Source: Dehalococcoidales bacterium (GTDB taxonomy: Bacteria; Chloroflexota; Dehalococcoidia; Dehalococcoidales; UBA2162). Taken from it: a DNA stretch of 24,827 nt. Shown here in pieces: positions 14,241 through 21,977 of this stretch. The position numbers were made by a program, and so were the translations under genes. The stretch spans positions 1-24,827 of the forward strand of contig JAZFUC010000020.1 in assembly GCA_036446995.1 (NCBI GenBank), written 5' to 3'. The notes under the pieces are model-generated. The model had not been told where the DNA came from. It saw nothing but the letters and a program-made list of their open reading frames with translations, and did no database searches. Each line of letters begins with the position of its first letter. The stretch's first letter is position 1.

Positions 14241-16208
14241 TTATACCTTGTCCAGTTCCCGTCTCATTTCCATATCGTAAAGCACCCTTTCTCTGGCCTT
14301 GTCGATGCCGAGAGCCTTGCGCTTTTCATCAATGTGCTTAATTGCCATTTCGGCCATTTTGAGGGGGTCAACCTCAAAGTCCCATTTGCCACCGTAAAGA
14401 CCTTCCATTTTGTTGAAGAGGTAATCGGTAACCTCTTTACTGCCCAGTGTCGGCCAGGTGGCTCCGAATATGGTGTACACACCCGAGCTGACAAAGTACT
14501 GGCCGATGGCGATAGCCTTTTCGCTCATCCATTCCGGGGCAAGTCCCACGGCCGGCAGGTCGCTGATATCGTCGCCCAGGCCGCCGTCTTTCACCATGGC
14601 GGTGGCGGCTATCAGGATGCGGCTGTTATCAATGCAGGCGCCCATGTGCAGCACCGGGGGAATACCCACCGCTTCACATACCGAGCGGAGACCATCTCCG
14701 GCGTACTGGGCTGCCTCCGGCACCAGAAGTCCGGCTTTAGCGCAGGCCATGGCGGCACAGCCGGTCTCCAGGACCAGCACATCATTCTTGATAAGTTCCT
14801 TGACCAGGGTAACGTGAATGTCATCATGGGTGACCCTGACATTGTTGCAGCCGACTACGCCGGCCACGCCCCTGATGCGTCCGTTGATGATGTTGTCGTT
14901 CAGGGGGCGGTATGACGCCCGGTACAGCCCGCCGAGCAGGTAGTTGATTGTCTCATGGCTGAACCCGGCAATCAGGTCCGTTTTCTCATCAGGGATACGC
15001 ACGTTGTCGCCCCTGTTGGGGTAGTTATCGATGGCCATCCTGAGAATGTCTCTGCCTGATTTCAGTGCGTTGTGCTCGTCGAATTCCATGTGGATGGCCC
15101 CTCTGATTTTGGTCCGTCTGTCGGTGGTAATCAGCTTGGTGTGATAGCAGTTGGCCACTTCAGCCAGTCCCTGCATAATGCACTGCACATCAACCACCAT
15201 TGCCTCCACGGCCCCGGTTACTATGGCCAGTTCCTGCTGGAGGAAATTCCCGGCAATGGGTATTCCGTGGCGCATCAGTATCTCGTTGGCGGTGCAGCAC
15301 ATTCCGGCCAGGTTTATCCCCTTGGCCCCTTTCGATTTAGCGTAGGCTATTATTTCAGGGTCCTCGGAGGCTACGGCCAGCATTTCGGCCACATAGGGTT
15401 CGTGGCCGTGGATGATTACATTCACCTCGTCCGCCTTAAGCACCCCCAGGTTAATCTGGCTGGCGGCCGGTGAAGGGGTCCCGAAGAGGATGTCCTGGAG
15501 TTCCGTGGCAATCATACTGCCTCCCCAGCCATCGGCCAGGGCGGTCCTGGCCCCGTGGAGCAGCAGGTCTTCATAGTCCTGATCGCAGCCCATGTGGGTG
15601 CGGTGCATCGCTTCGGTGACTTCCCTGTCAATACCCCTGGGTTTGATTCCCAGGTTATCCCAGATTGCCTGCCTCTTGAGGGGGGCCCGTTTCAGGAAAC
15701 GGATTTCTCCCTCCTGCCGGCCGAAATCTTCCATCAGTATTTCACCGACTTCAACAGCTATCTCTTCATTACTGCGTTCGCCTATTTCAACGCCAAGTTC
15801 CAGGGCCAGTTGGAGCAGTTTCTGCTCATCTTTAATTGCGAAGCCTTCGAGTTCCCCTTTGGCGGTCTCGATAAATATTTTGGTTACTTCACGGCCGTGG
15901 TCGCCGTGAGAAGCGGTACCGGCGGCGATTTTACGGAGAAAATTACGGGCGGCGATAGTCTCCGAGGTAGCCCCGCAGACGCCTACTCGTTTTTTCTTAT
16001 CCTCGGGAGTTTCCTCTTTTCCCTTGGGTAAAGGTACCCGGCATGGTCCCATGGCGCAGATGCTGCAGCAGCTGCCTTCATCGCCTATCGGGCAAGGCCG
16101 CATTTTCGCAGCCCTTTCGAAAACAGTACTGACCCCATCCTGGGTCGCCTTCTCTATCATTTCGAGTGTTGCCGGGTCACTGCTGACCACTTTCTTCTCT
16201 TCTGGCAT
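14241..16208 (-). CDS. acsA: Anaerobic Ni-CO dehydrogenase of the CODH/ACS complex
   Basis: D-cluster C-x7-C (CPIGDEGSC), B-cluster CSICAMGPC...VCG, C-cluster GHEP/GMCCT/DVQC/VGCNN/TGCA/GACIDN and WMSEKA. ATG 16208 is preferred over TTG 16217 because AGGAGG lies 9 nt upstream. Confidence 0.97.
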   Translation of the reverse strand: MPEEKKVVSSDPATLEMIEKATQDGVSTVFERAAKMRPCPIGDEGSCCSICAMGPCRVPLPKGKEETPEDKKKRVGVCGATSETIAARNFLRKIAAGTASHGDHGREVTKIFIETAKGELEGFAIKDEQKLLQLALELGVEIGERSNEEIAVEVGEILMEDFGRQEGEIRFLKRAPLKRQAIWDNLGIKPRGIDREVTEAMHRTHMGCDQDYEDLLLHGARTALADGWGGSMIATELQDILFGTPSPAASQINLGVLKADEVNVIIHGHEPYVAEMLAVASEDPEIIAYAKSKGAKGINLAGMCCTANEILMRHGIPIAGNFLQQELAIVTGAVEAMVVDVQCIMQGLAEVANCYHTKLITTDRRTKIRGAIHMEFDEHNALKSGRDILRMAIDNYPNRGDNVRIPDEKTDLIAGFSHETINYLLGGLYRASYRPLNDNIINGRIRGVAGVVGCNNVRVTHDDIHVTLVKELIKNDVLVLETGCAAMACAKAGLLVPEAAQYAGDGLRSVCEAVGIPPVLHMGACIDNSRILIAATAMVKDGGLGDDISDLPAVGLAPEWMSEKAIAIGQYFVSSGVYTIFGATWPTLGSKEVTDYLFNKMEGLYGGKWDFEVDPLKMAEMAIKHIDEKRKALGIDKARERVLYDMEMRRELDKV

Positions 16209-16236
16209 TTGTATCAACCTCCTCCCGATTTGATTG

Positions 16237-17184
16237 CTATGAAGCTGTCAGTTCAGCTATCATTTCCCGGACCAGCTTAATGGCATCCGGGTGTCTCATT
16301 ATCAATATATCGGCCCCGGCTAACAGCAGGGTAGTAGCCGACATTGCTTCCATTAAAATGCCCCTCTTGCCGGTGTCACCGAGCTTGGGGTCTTCCGCGG
16401 TGGGTAACTTGGCTTCCTTGGTCTTCCAGACTTCCTTGGATATATTGCAGATGATTGGAGACTGGAGTTTGTCGTCCTGCTGGGTAAGCCCGGCCATACG
16501 TATCCGCTCCATCACCGAGTAACAGTACTCAATACCGTAACCGATGCTGCTGACGGTGGGGTCAATCAGGATTGACTCGTCGGTCACTCCCAGGTTGCCC
16601 AACAGAATATTCAACTGCTTGGCCAGGTTTATATCAATAGGCGATGAGGCGATTACCGTGTGGTGATAGGCCAGAGCCGCGGCTCCAATCTTCTTGTGGT
16701 CCCCTTCCTCCACCGGCCCCAGAATCAGGCTTTTATCCTGGCAGAGTTCCGCCGCCAGCCTGAGCACTTCCGTGTCTTTATCGTGGCTGGCCGTCCCCCA
16801 GACTATCAGAGGGACATCTATGGCGTCCGCCACTTTTTTAACTATGGCGGCTGCCTCTTCAGGGGCGCGGTCGATGCCATTGGGGTCCGTGCTTATCATC
16901 TGGAGGCAAATCATCTCCGCCCCGTAATCATCAACGCATTTTTTTGCCCAGGCGACAGGGTCATCAGTCACTCCGGCAAAGGGTTCCAGGGCGGCTTCCG
17001 GCCAGTCATCGGGCGGGCAGTCCCAGACCTCCATGGCTATTTTAGGCAGGTTGGGCATTTGGCCTTCAAAAAGATGGAAAGGATATGAAGTTTCCTGTCC
17101 GACCGTGACCGCTTTGCTTCCCTTGCCCAGGGTTACTTCTTTAACCTTGCCGCTGTAGGCTGTCCTGGGGATATCAACTTCCAT
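16237..17184 (-). CDS. acsD: Corrinoid Fe-S protein small subunit
   Basis: YSGKVKEVTLG, VGQET.YPFHLFEG..PN.PKIAMEV.D, SSPIDINLAKQLN, IDP...IGYGIEY, QQDDKLQ.P and LLAGADILIMRHP. Confidence 0.96.
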   Translation of the reverse strand: MEVDIPRTAYSGKVKEVTLGKGSKAVTVGQETSYPFHLFEGQMPNLPKIAMEVWDCPPDDWPEAALEPFAGVTDDPVAWAKKCVDDYGAEMICLQMISTDPNGIDRAPEEAAAIVKKVADAIDVPLIVWGTASHDKDTEVLRLAAELCQDKSLILGPVEEGDHKKIGAAALAYHHTVIASSPIDINLAKQLNILLGNLGVTDESILIDPTVSSIGYGIEYCYSVMERIRMAGLTQQDDKLQSPIICNISKEVWKTKEAKLPTAEDPKLGDTGKRGILMEAMSATTLLLAGADILIMRHPDAIKLVREMIAELTAS

Positions 17185-17198
17185 CTGTTCAGTTCCTC

Positions 17199-17417
17199 CT
17201 AGGCCGGGGTCTTTCTCTTCTCACTGCCGTACCAGTCATCGCTGTAATAGTATCTTTCACCGGTTTCGAGATATTTCAGCTTCTCAGCCCGGGTGCCCAG
17301 TTTCTGTCTCCATTTACCGACCTGGGTGCCTTCCGGGGTGCCTTCCTCGTAGGTGGCCCCCAGTACCTCCACCTCATCACGGCCGGGAGCGCTCTTCTTC
17401 TCCACCTGATATTCCAT
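17199..17417 (-). CDS. Hypothetical 72-aa hydrophilic protein between folD and acsD
   Basis: Strong AGGAGG RBS 7 nt before ATG 17417 (MEYQVEKKSAPGR...). It fills the folD-acsD gap with 16/14-nt spacers. The track start at 17441 overlaps folD and is less likely. Confidence 0.8.
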   Translation of the reverse strand: MEYQVEKKSAPGRDEVEVLGATYEEGTPEGTQVGKWRQKLGTRAEKLKYLETGERYYYSDDWYGSEKRKTPA

Positions 17418-17433
17418 CCGCTTTCCTCCTTGT

Positions 17434-18321
17434 TTATGCAAGCCCGGCAGCCACTTTGGCCGCCTTAACGGTATTCATCATAAGCATGGTTATGGTCATT
17501 GGCCCCACTCCCCCGGGAACCGGGCTAATGGCGGCCGCTTTTTCACTGACCGATTCGAAATCAACATCTCCGACCAGGATTCTCTTGCCTTCCGCCGTGG
17601 TGCCGATCTGGTTGACGCCGACATCTATAACCACCACGCCCTCCTTGACCATGTCTCCGGTGATGGCTTTGGCCTTGCCGGCGGCGACGATGAGAATATC
17701 GGCCCGCCTGGTATGAAAAGCCATGTCTTTTGTACGGGTGTGGCAGATGGTTACGGTGGCGTTAGCCCCCGGCGCCTTCTGCATCAGGATGTTGGCGATT
17801 GGCTTGCCGACGATATTGCTCCTGCCGACGACGACGACCTCGGCCCCCTCAATCCGGGTGCCGGAGCGAATCAGCAACTGCTGGATGCCGGCCGGGGTGC
17901 AGGGCAGATAATCAGGCTCACCTATCATTAGTTTGCCCACGTTAACCGGGTGAAAACCGTCAACATCCTTTTTGGGGTCGATTGCGTAGAGGACTTCCGT
18001 TTCATTAAGGTGTTTGGGCAGAGGCAGTTGTACCAGTATGCCGTTTATTTTGGCGTCTTTATTTAATTTATCGATAAGTTTCAGCAGGTCTTCCTGACTG
18101 GTGTCTTCGGGCAGGTCGTGTCTTTCCGAATAGATGCCCAGGTTATGGCAAGTTTTTTCTTTAGAGCCGACATATACCTGGGAGGCCGGGTCCGACCCGA
18201 CCAGGACGGTAACCAAACCGGGTACTAGGTTATGTTTTTCTTTAAGATTGGCGATTTCTTCTTTTAGTTCCACCCGAATTTGCTTGGCGGTTTCGGTCCC
18301 GCTTAAAATCTGGGCTGTCAT
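17434..18321 (-). CDS. folD: Bifunctional methylene-THF dehydrogenase/methenyl-THF cyclohydrolase
   Basis: PGLVTVLVG.DPAS..YV..K, GILVQLPLP, KDVDGFHP.N, PCTP.GI, GRSNIVGKP, DVGVN, GDVDF and PVPGGVGPMTI.ML. Confidence 0.98.
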   Translation of the reverse strand: MTAQILSGTETAKQIRVELKEEIANLKEKHNLVPGLVTVLVGSDPASQVYVGSKEKTCHNLGIYSERHDLPEDTSQEDLLKLIDKLNKDAKINGILVQLPLPKHLNETEVLYAIDPKKDVDGFHPVNVGKLMIGEPDYLPCTPAGIQQLLIRSGTRIEGAEVVVVGRSNIVGKPIANILMQKAPGANATVTICHTRTKDMAFHTRRADILIVAAGKAKAITGDMVKEGVVVIDVGVNQIGTTAEGKRILVGDVDFESVSEKAAAISPVPGGVGPMTITMLMMNTVKAAKVAAGLA

Positions 18322-18337
18322 ATTACTACCCCTTTCT

Positions 18338-19111
18338 CTATACCGTGGCTCCCTGTTTGTTGAGTATTCCGTTCATTAAACCATCGATAGCCTTCACTGC
18401 CACGGAGCTATCCGGTAAATCAAGCAGTGATTTAGCCTCCAGGTCGTATTGATAAACCTCTTCGTCCCGGGGGATGATGATGGGGGAACTAATTTCCAAC
18501 CGGGCTATTTCATCTTTAACCATTGGCGCCAGCTCGGGAGGAGCGAAATTCACGATTACGGACTGCTTGGTGACATTCAGTTTAAGTTCCGTAACCAGGT
18601 CTCTTATCCTGGCAACCGTCCGGATGCCCTTAACCGAATGGTCGGAAATTATCAGCAGGTGGTCAATGTTCTGGGTAGTTCTCCTGCTCAGATGCTCCAG
18701 CCCGGCCTCATTATCCATCACCACATAACCGTAATTACCGGCCATCAGGTCAGCGAATTTCCTCAGCACGGTATTGGGGTAGCAATAGCAGTCCGGACCC
18801 TCTCCCCTTCCCATGGTTATCAGGTCAACTCCCTGGCTCTCTACTACCGCATCGTTTAACCGGAACTCCAGATAGGCTTCCTTGGTCATCCCGGCGGGAA
18901 TATTCAGCTTTACCTGATTGAAGGTAGCTATGATTGAGCCGACCGTGTCTCTTACCACGAGTCCGAGTCCCTCACCCAGATTGGCGTTTGCGTCCGCATC
19001 TATAGCCAGAATGGGTCTGGGGTCATTCTTTTTCAGATAGCGTATTATCAGACTTGATATTGAAGTCTTTCCAGTGCCGCCTTTTCCGGCGACTGCTATT
19101 GAGAAACTCAT
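18338..19111 (-). CDS. cooC: CooC/AcsF-family nickel-insertion ATPase (probably ACS maturation)
   Basis: GKGGTGKT, DADAN.NL, MGRGEG.DCYC and DNEAGLEHLSR. Confidence 0.93.
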   Translation of the reverse strand: MSFSIAVAGKGGTGKTSISSLIIRYLKKNDPRPILAIDADANANLGEGLGLVVRDTVGSIIATFNQVKLNIPAGMTKEAYLEFRLNDAVVESQGVDLITMGRGEGPDCYCYPNTVLRKFADLMAGNYGYVVMDNEAGLEHLSRRTTQNIDHLLIISDHSVKGIRTVARIRDLVTELKLNVTKQSVIVNFAPPELAPMVKDEIARLEISSPIIIPRDEEVYQYDLEAKSLLDLPDSSVAVKAIDGLMNGILNKQGATV

Positions 19112-19146
19112 ATAACTATCCTCCCCTCCACAAGTAAGTTTTCAGG

Positions 19147-20910
19147 CTAGAAAAGCCCCTGTACCTTTCCGGTGTTAACATCTACATCTATTTTCCTGAA
19201 GGCGGGACTTGAACTGGTGCCCGGCATCAGGGTAATAGTACCGGCGCAGGGGCAGAGGAATTTGGCCCCGGAATAAACCAGGATATCCCTTATCGGCAGT
19301 GTCCAGCCTTTGGGTACGCCTTTAAGAGTCGGGTCGTGTGTAAGACTCAGATGGGTTTTCACCATCATGGTGGCGTAATCGTCATACTGGGGGTCGGCTT
19401 CCAGTTTCTTGGCCTTGGCTTCAGCCTCAGCCGTCCAGGATACGCCATCGGCCCCGTAGACCACCGTGGCAATCTTTTCTACCCGGTCTCTCAGCTTCAT
19501 CTCCATCGGATAGAGGAAGTGGAAGTCATTCTCTTCTTCGCAGGCGTCAATCACTGCATCGGCCAGTTCCAGGGCGCCGTCTCCGCCTTTGGCCCAGTGG
19601 CTGCTCTCGGCGCAGCGGGCTCCGGCTGCCTCGGCCGCTTTCTTGACTATGGCAACTTCGGCATCGGTATCTGTATGGAACCGGTTGATGCATACTACCG
19701 GGTTGATGCCGGATGCCCTGATTACGTCAATGAAATGGAGCATATTGGGCAGGCCCTTCTCCAGCAGCCCCAGGTTCTCTTTGGTGTATTCTTCGGAGAG
19801 GGGTAATCCGGCCACTACCCTGGGTCCGCCGCCGTGCATCTTGAGGGCGCGGATGGTAGTGGTCAGCACGGAAACATTCGGTTTCAGTCCGCTGTAGCGG
19901 GATTTAACATTCCAGAATTTTTCAAAGCCGATGTCGGCGGCAAAGCCGCTCTCGGTGACATGATAATCGAACATCTTAAGGCCGATGCGGTCGGCGATGA
20001 TTGAAGACTGCCCCACGGCGATATTAGCGAACGGCCCGGCGTGTACCAGGCAAGGCTGATACTCGGCCGTGCACAGCAGGGTCGGGTTGATTGCATTCCG
20101 CATCCAGGCGGTCATCGCGCCGCCTACCTGAAGGTCGCCGGTAGTGACCGGTTTACCCTTTTTGTCATAAGCGACGGTTATGTTGTTCATTCTTTTCCGG
20201 AGGTCGGCCAGGTCTCTGACAATGGAGAGCATGGCCATCAGCTCCGAGCTGACGGCGATGCCGAATTTTGACTGCATCGTAAAGCCGTCTGTCTTGCCGC
20301 CAAGGCCGATAACGATGTTACGCAGGCTCTGGGCGCAGAAATCGATAATCCAGCCCATTTGCACGTTGGTCGGGTCTACATCCAGGCGGCGCATCCCGGT
20401 TAATCTCTCGAGACGGGCGTCATCATAGTTGCGCTCATGCTGCATTCTGGCAGTGAGGGCAACCATGGCCAGGTTGTGTGCATTCATAATGTCATTAATG
20501 TCACCGGTCAGGCCCATGGAGAATTCGGTCATCGGGATAAGCAGGGCGTTGCCGCCGCCGGCAGCCGTTCCCTTAATATTCATAGTTGGACCACCCGAGG
20601 GCTGGCGGAGCGCTCCGCCGACATTCTTGCCCCGCTTGCCCAGGCCTTCCATCAGGCCGCAGGAGGTGGTGCTTTTCCCTTCGCCCAGCGGCGTGGGTGT
20701 AATTGCTGTAACTTCAATATACTTGCCGTCCGGTTTGTCCTTGAGCCGGTCTATAACTTTCAGGAAATCGATTTTAGAGATCCTTCCGTAAGGAAGCATC
20801 TCGTCTTTCTTTAATCCTAGTTTCTCTCTCCAATCATCGGGAGTCGGCATGTTTTCTTCCGCTGCCTCGGAAATCTGCCAGTCCTGCATTTTTATCGCAT
20901 CGTAAGCCAT
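19147..20910 (-). CDS. fhs: Formate-tetrahydrofolate ligase
   Basis: [22 protein letters not shown]...[48 protein letters not shown] and MPGTSS.PA; AGGAGG RBS. Confidence 0.98.
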   Translation of the reverse strand: MAYDAIKMQDWQISEAAEENMPTPDDWREKLGLKKDEMLPYGRISKIDFLKVIDRLKDKPDGKYIEVTAITPTPLGEGKSTTSCGLMEGLGKRGKNVGGALRQPSGGPTMNIKGTAAGGGNALLIPMTEFSMGLTGDINDIMNAHNLAMVALTARMQHERNYDDARLERLTGMRRLDVDPTNVQMGWIIDFCAQSLRNIVIGLGGKTDGFTMQSKFGIAVSSELMAMLSIVRDLADLRKRMNNITVAYDKKGKPVTTGDLQVGGAMTAWMRNAINPTLLCTAEYQPCLVHAGPFANIAVGQSSIIADRIGLKMFDYHVTESGFAADIGFEKFWNVKSRYSGLKPNVSVLTTTIRALKMHGGGPRVVAGLPLSEEYTKENLGLLEKGLPNMLHFIDVIRASGINPVVCINRFHTDTDAEVAIVKKAAEAAGARCAESSHWAKGGDGALELADAVIDACEEENDFHFLYPMEMKLRDRVEKIATVVYGADGVSWTAEAEAKAKKLEADPQYDDYATMMVKTHLSLTHDPTLKGVPKGWTLPIRDILVYSGAKFLCPCAGTITLMPGTSSSPAFRKIDVDVNTGKVQGLF

Positions 20911-20964
20911 AAAACCTCCTCAAGTTTATTTCTACTCCGGCGTTCATTATTGGCGCCGGTAAAT

Positions 20965-20989
20965 AAAGAGGCAATCGCACTGCCTCTTT
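20965..20989 (-). terminator. Intrinsic terminator-like hairpin between cooC and fhs
   Basis: 9-bp stem AAAGAGGCA/TGCCTCTTT with a 7-nt loop. On the minus strand the GC stem is followed by TTTATTT; a T-run also follows on the plus strand. Confidence 0.6.
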
Positions 20990-20998
20990 TAGTGCAAA

Positions 20999-21790
20999 TT
21001 ATAAACGCGCGCCGGCTGTTTTTTCGGTCGATGCTACCAGGTCCCGGTATATTTCCTCCACCGCCATCCTGACCTGGGGGCTGGAGTCCAGCGGTGACAT
21101 ATTAGCCTGGTCTGCTTCAACCACCGCCTGGTCGTAGGGGATAAATCCCATAAAATGAAAATCGGGCAGGTTCTCGATGAGGAACTCCCTGTCCGATTCG
21201 TTTCTTACTTTATTGCCAACCACGGCAATGTTTTTTATTCCAATCTCCGCGGCCAGCTTCCGGATGTTCAGAGCAGTTTCAAGGCTCCGTCTGCCCGGCT
21301 CGACAACCACAATAAGTTTGTCCACCATTGAGGCGGTTCCCCGGCCGAAGTGTTCCAGTCCGGCCTCCATGTCAAGTATTACCACTTCATCCCGGGCAAT
21401 CATCAGGTGGTTCATCAGGGCCTGGAGCATGCTGTTTTCCGGACAGTAACACCCGGCGCCGCCTTTCTTAATTCTGCCCATCCTCATCAGCCTGATGCCG
21501 TCCTGTTTCAGGGCATACTTGTCAGGTATATCGTCAACCTTGGGATTCAGCTTGTAGAATGGGGCTGACTGACCCGGTTTTGCCCCGGTCCTTTCCTCGA
21601 TGAGGTCGCTCATTTCTGAGATAGGAACCACTTTTTCGGGGTCGGGGAAGCCGAGGGCGGCGGCCAGATTTGCGTCGGGGTCTGCATCTATAGCGATGAC
21701 AGAATAGCTCGATTGAGAAAACAATTTTGAAAGCAGGGAGGCTAATAAAGTCTTACCTACTCCACCTTTACCACTAATGGCAATCTTCAT
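20999..21790 (-). CDS. cooC: CooC-family nickel-insertion ATPase (probably CODH maturation)
   Basis: MKIAISGKGGVGKT, DADPDANLA.ALG, GGAGCYCPEN, DMEAGLEHFGRG and VGNKV. Confidence 0.94.
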   Translation of the reverse strand: MKIAISGKGGVGKTLLASLLSKLFSQSSYSVIAIDADPDANLAAALGFPDPEKVVPISEMSDLIEERTGAKPGQSAPFYKLNPKVDDIPDKYALKQDGIRLMRMGRIKKGGAGCYCPENSMLQALMNHLMIARDEVVILDMEAGLEHFGRGTASMVDKLIVVVEPGRRSLETALNIRKLAAEIGIKNIAVVGNKVRNESDREFLIENLPDFHFMGFIPYDQAVVEADQANMSPLDSSPQVRMAVEEIYRDLVASTEKTAGARL

Positions 21791-21896
21791 CTATACTCTT
21801 ATCAGGCGTAATCATATCAGACAATATTAAAGCTGAGACTTCCGTGGGAAAGCACTCAGCTCTTGAGAGAACTAATAATCTTTGCTTACCCTAATT

Positions 21897-21925
21897 AGTA
21901 TATATTATGACCGTAAACAAGTCAA
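21897..21925 (-). promoter_or_regulatory. Putative sigma70 promoter heading the Wood-Ljungdahl cluster (TTGACT-N17-TATACT)
   Basis: -35 at 21920-21925 and -10 at 21897-21902 on the minus strand, exact 17-nt spacer, each one base from consensus. Confidence 0.7.
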
Positions 21926-21977
21926 ATAATAAATAGCGGTAAACAAAGGTAATAATTATATATTGGCGTCCTGTTTT

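Noticed and set aside
11847-19148. Identical 10-mer AGCCTGAAAA (minus strand) at 11847-11856 and 19139-19148
   Set aside because: Only two short copies, one overlapping the fhs stop codon. Compatible with chance without further evidence.
20911-20998. THF or ZTP riboswitch upstream of fhs
   Set aside because: The space is too short and the consensus elements of either class are not present.
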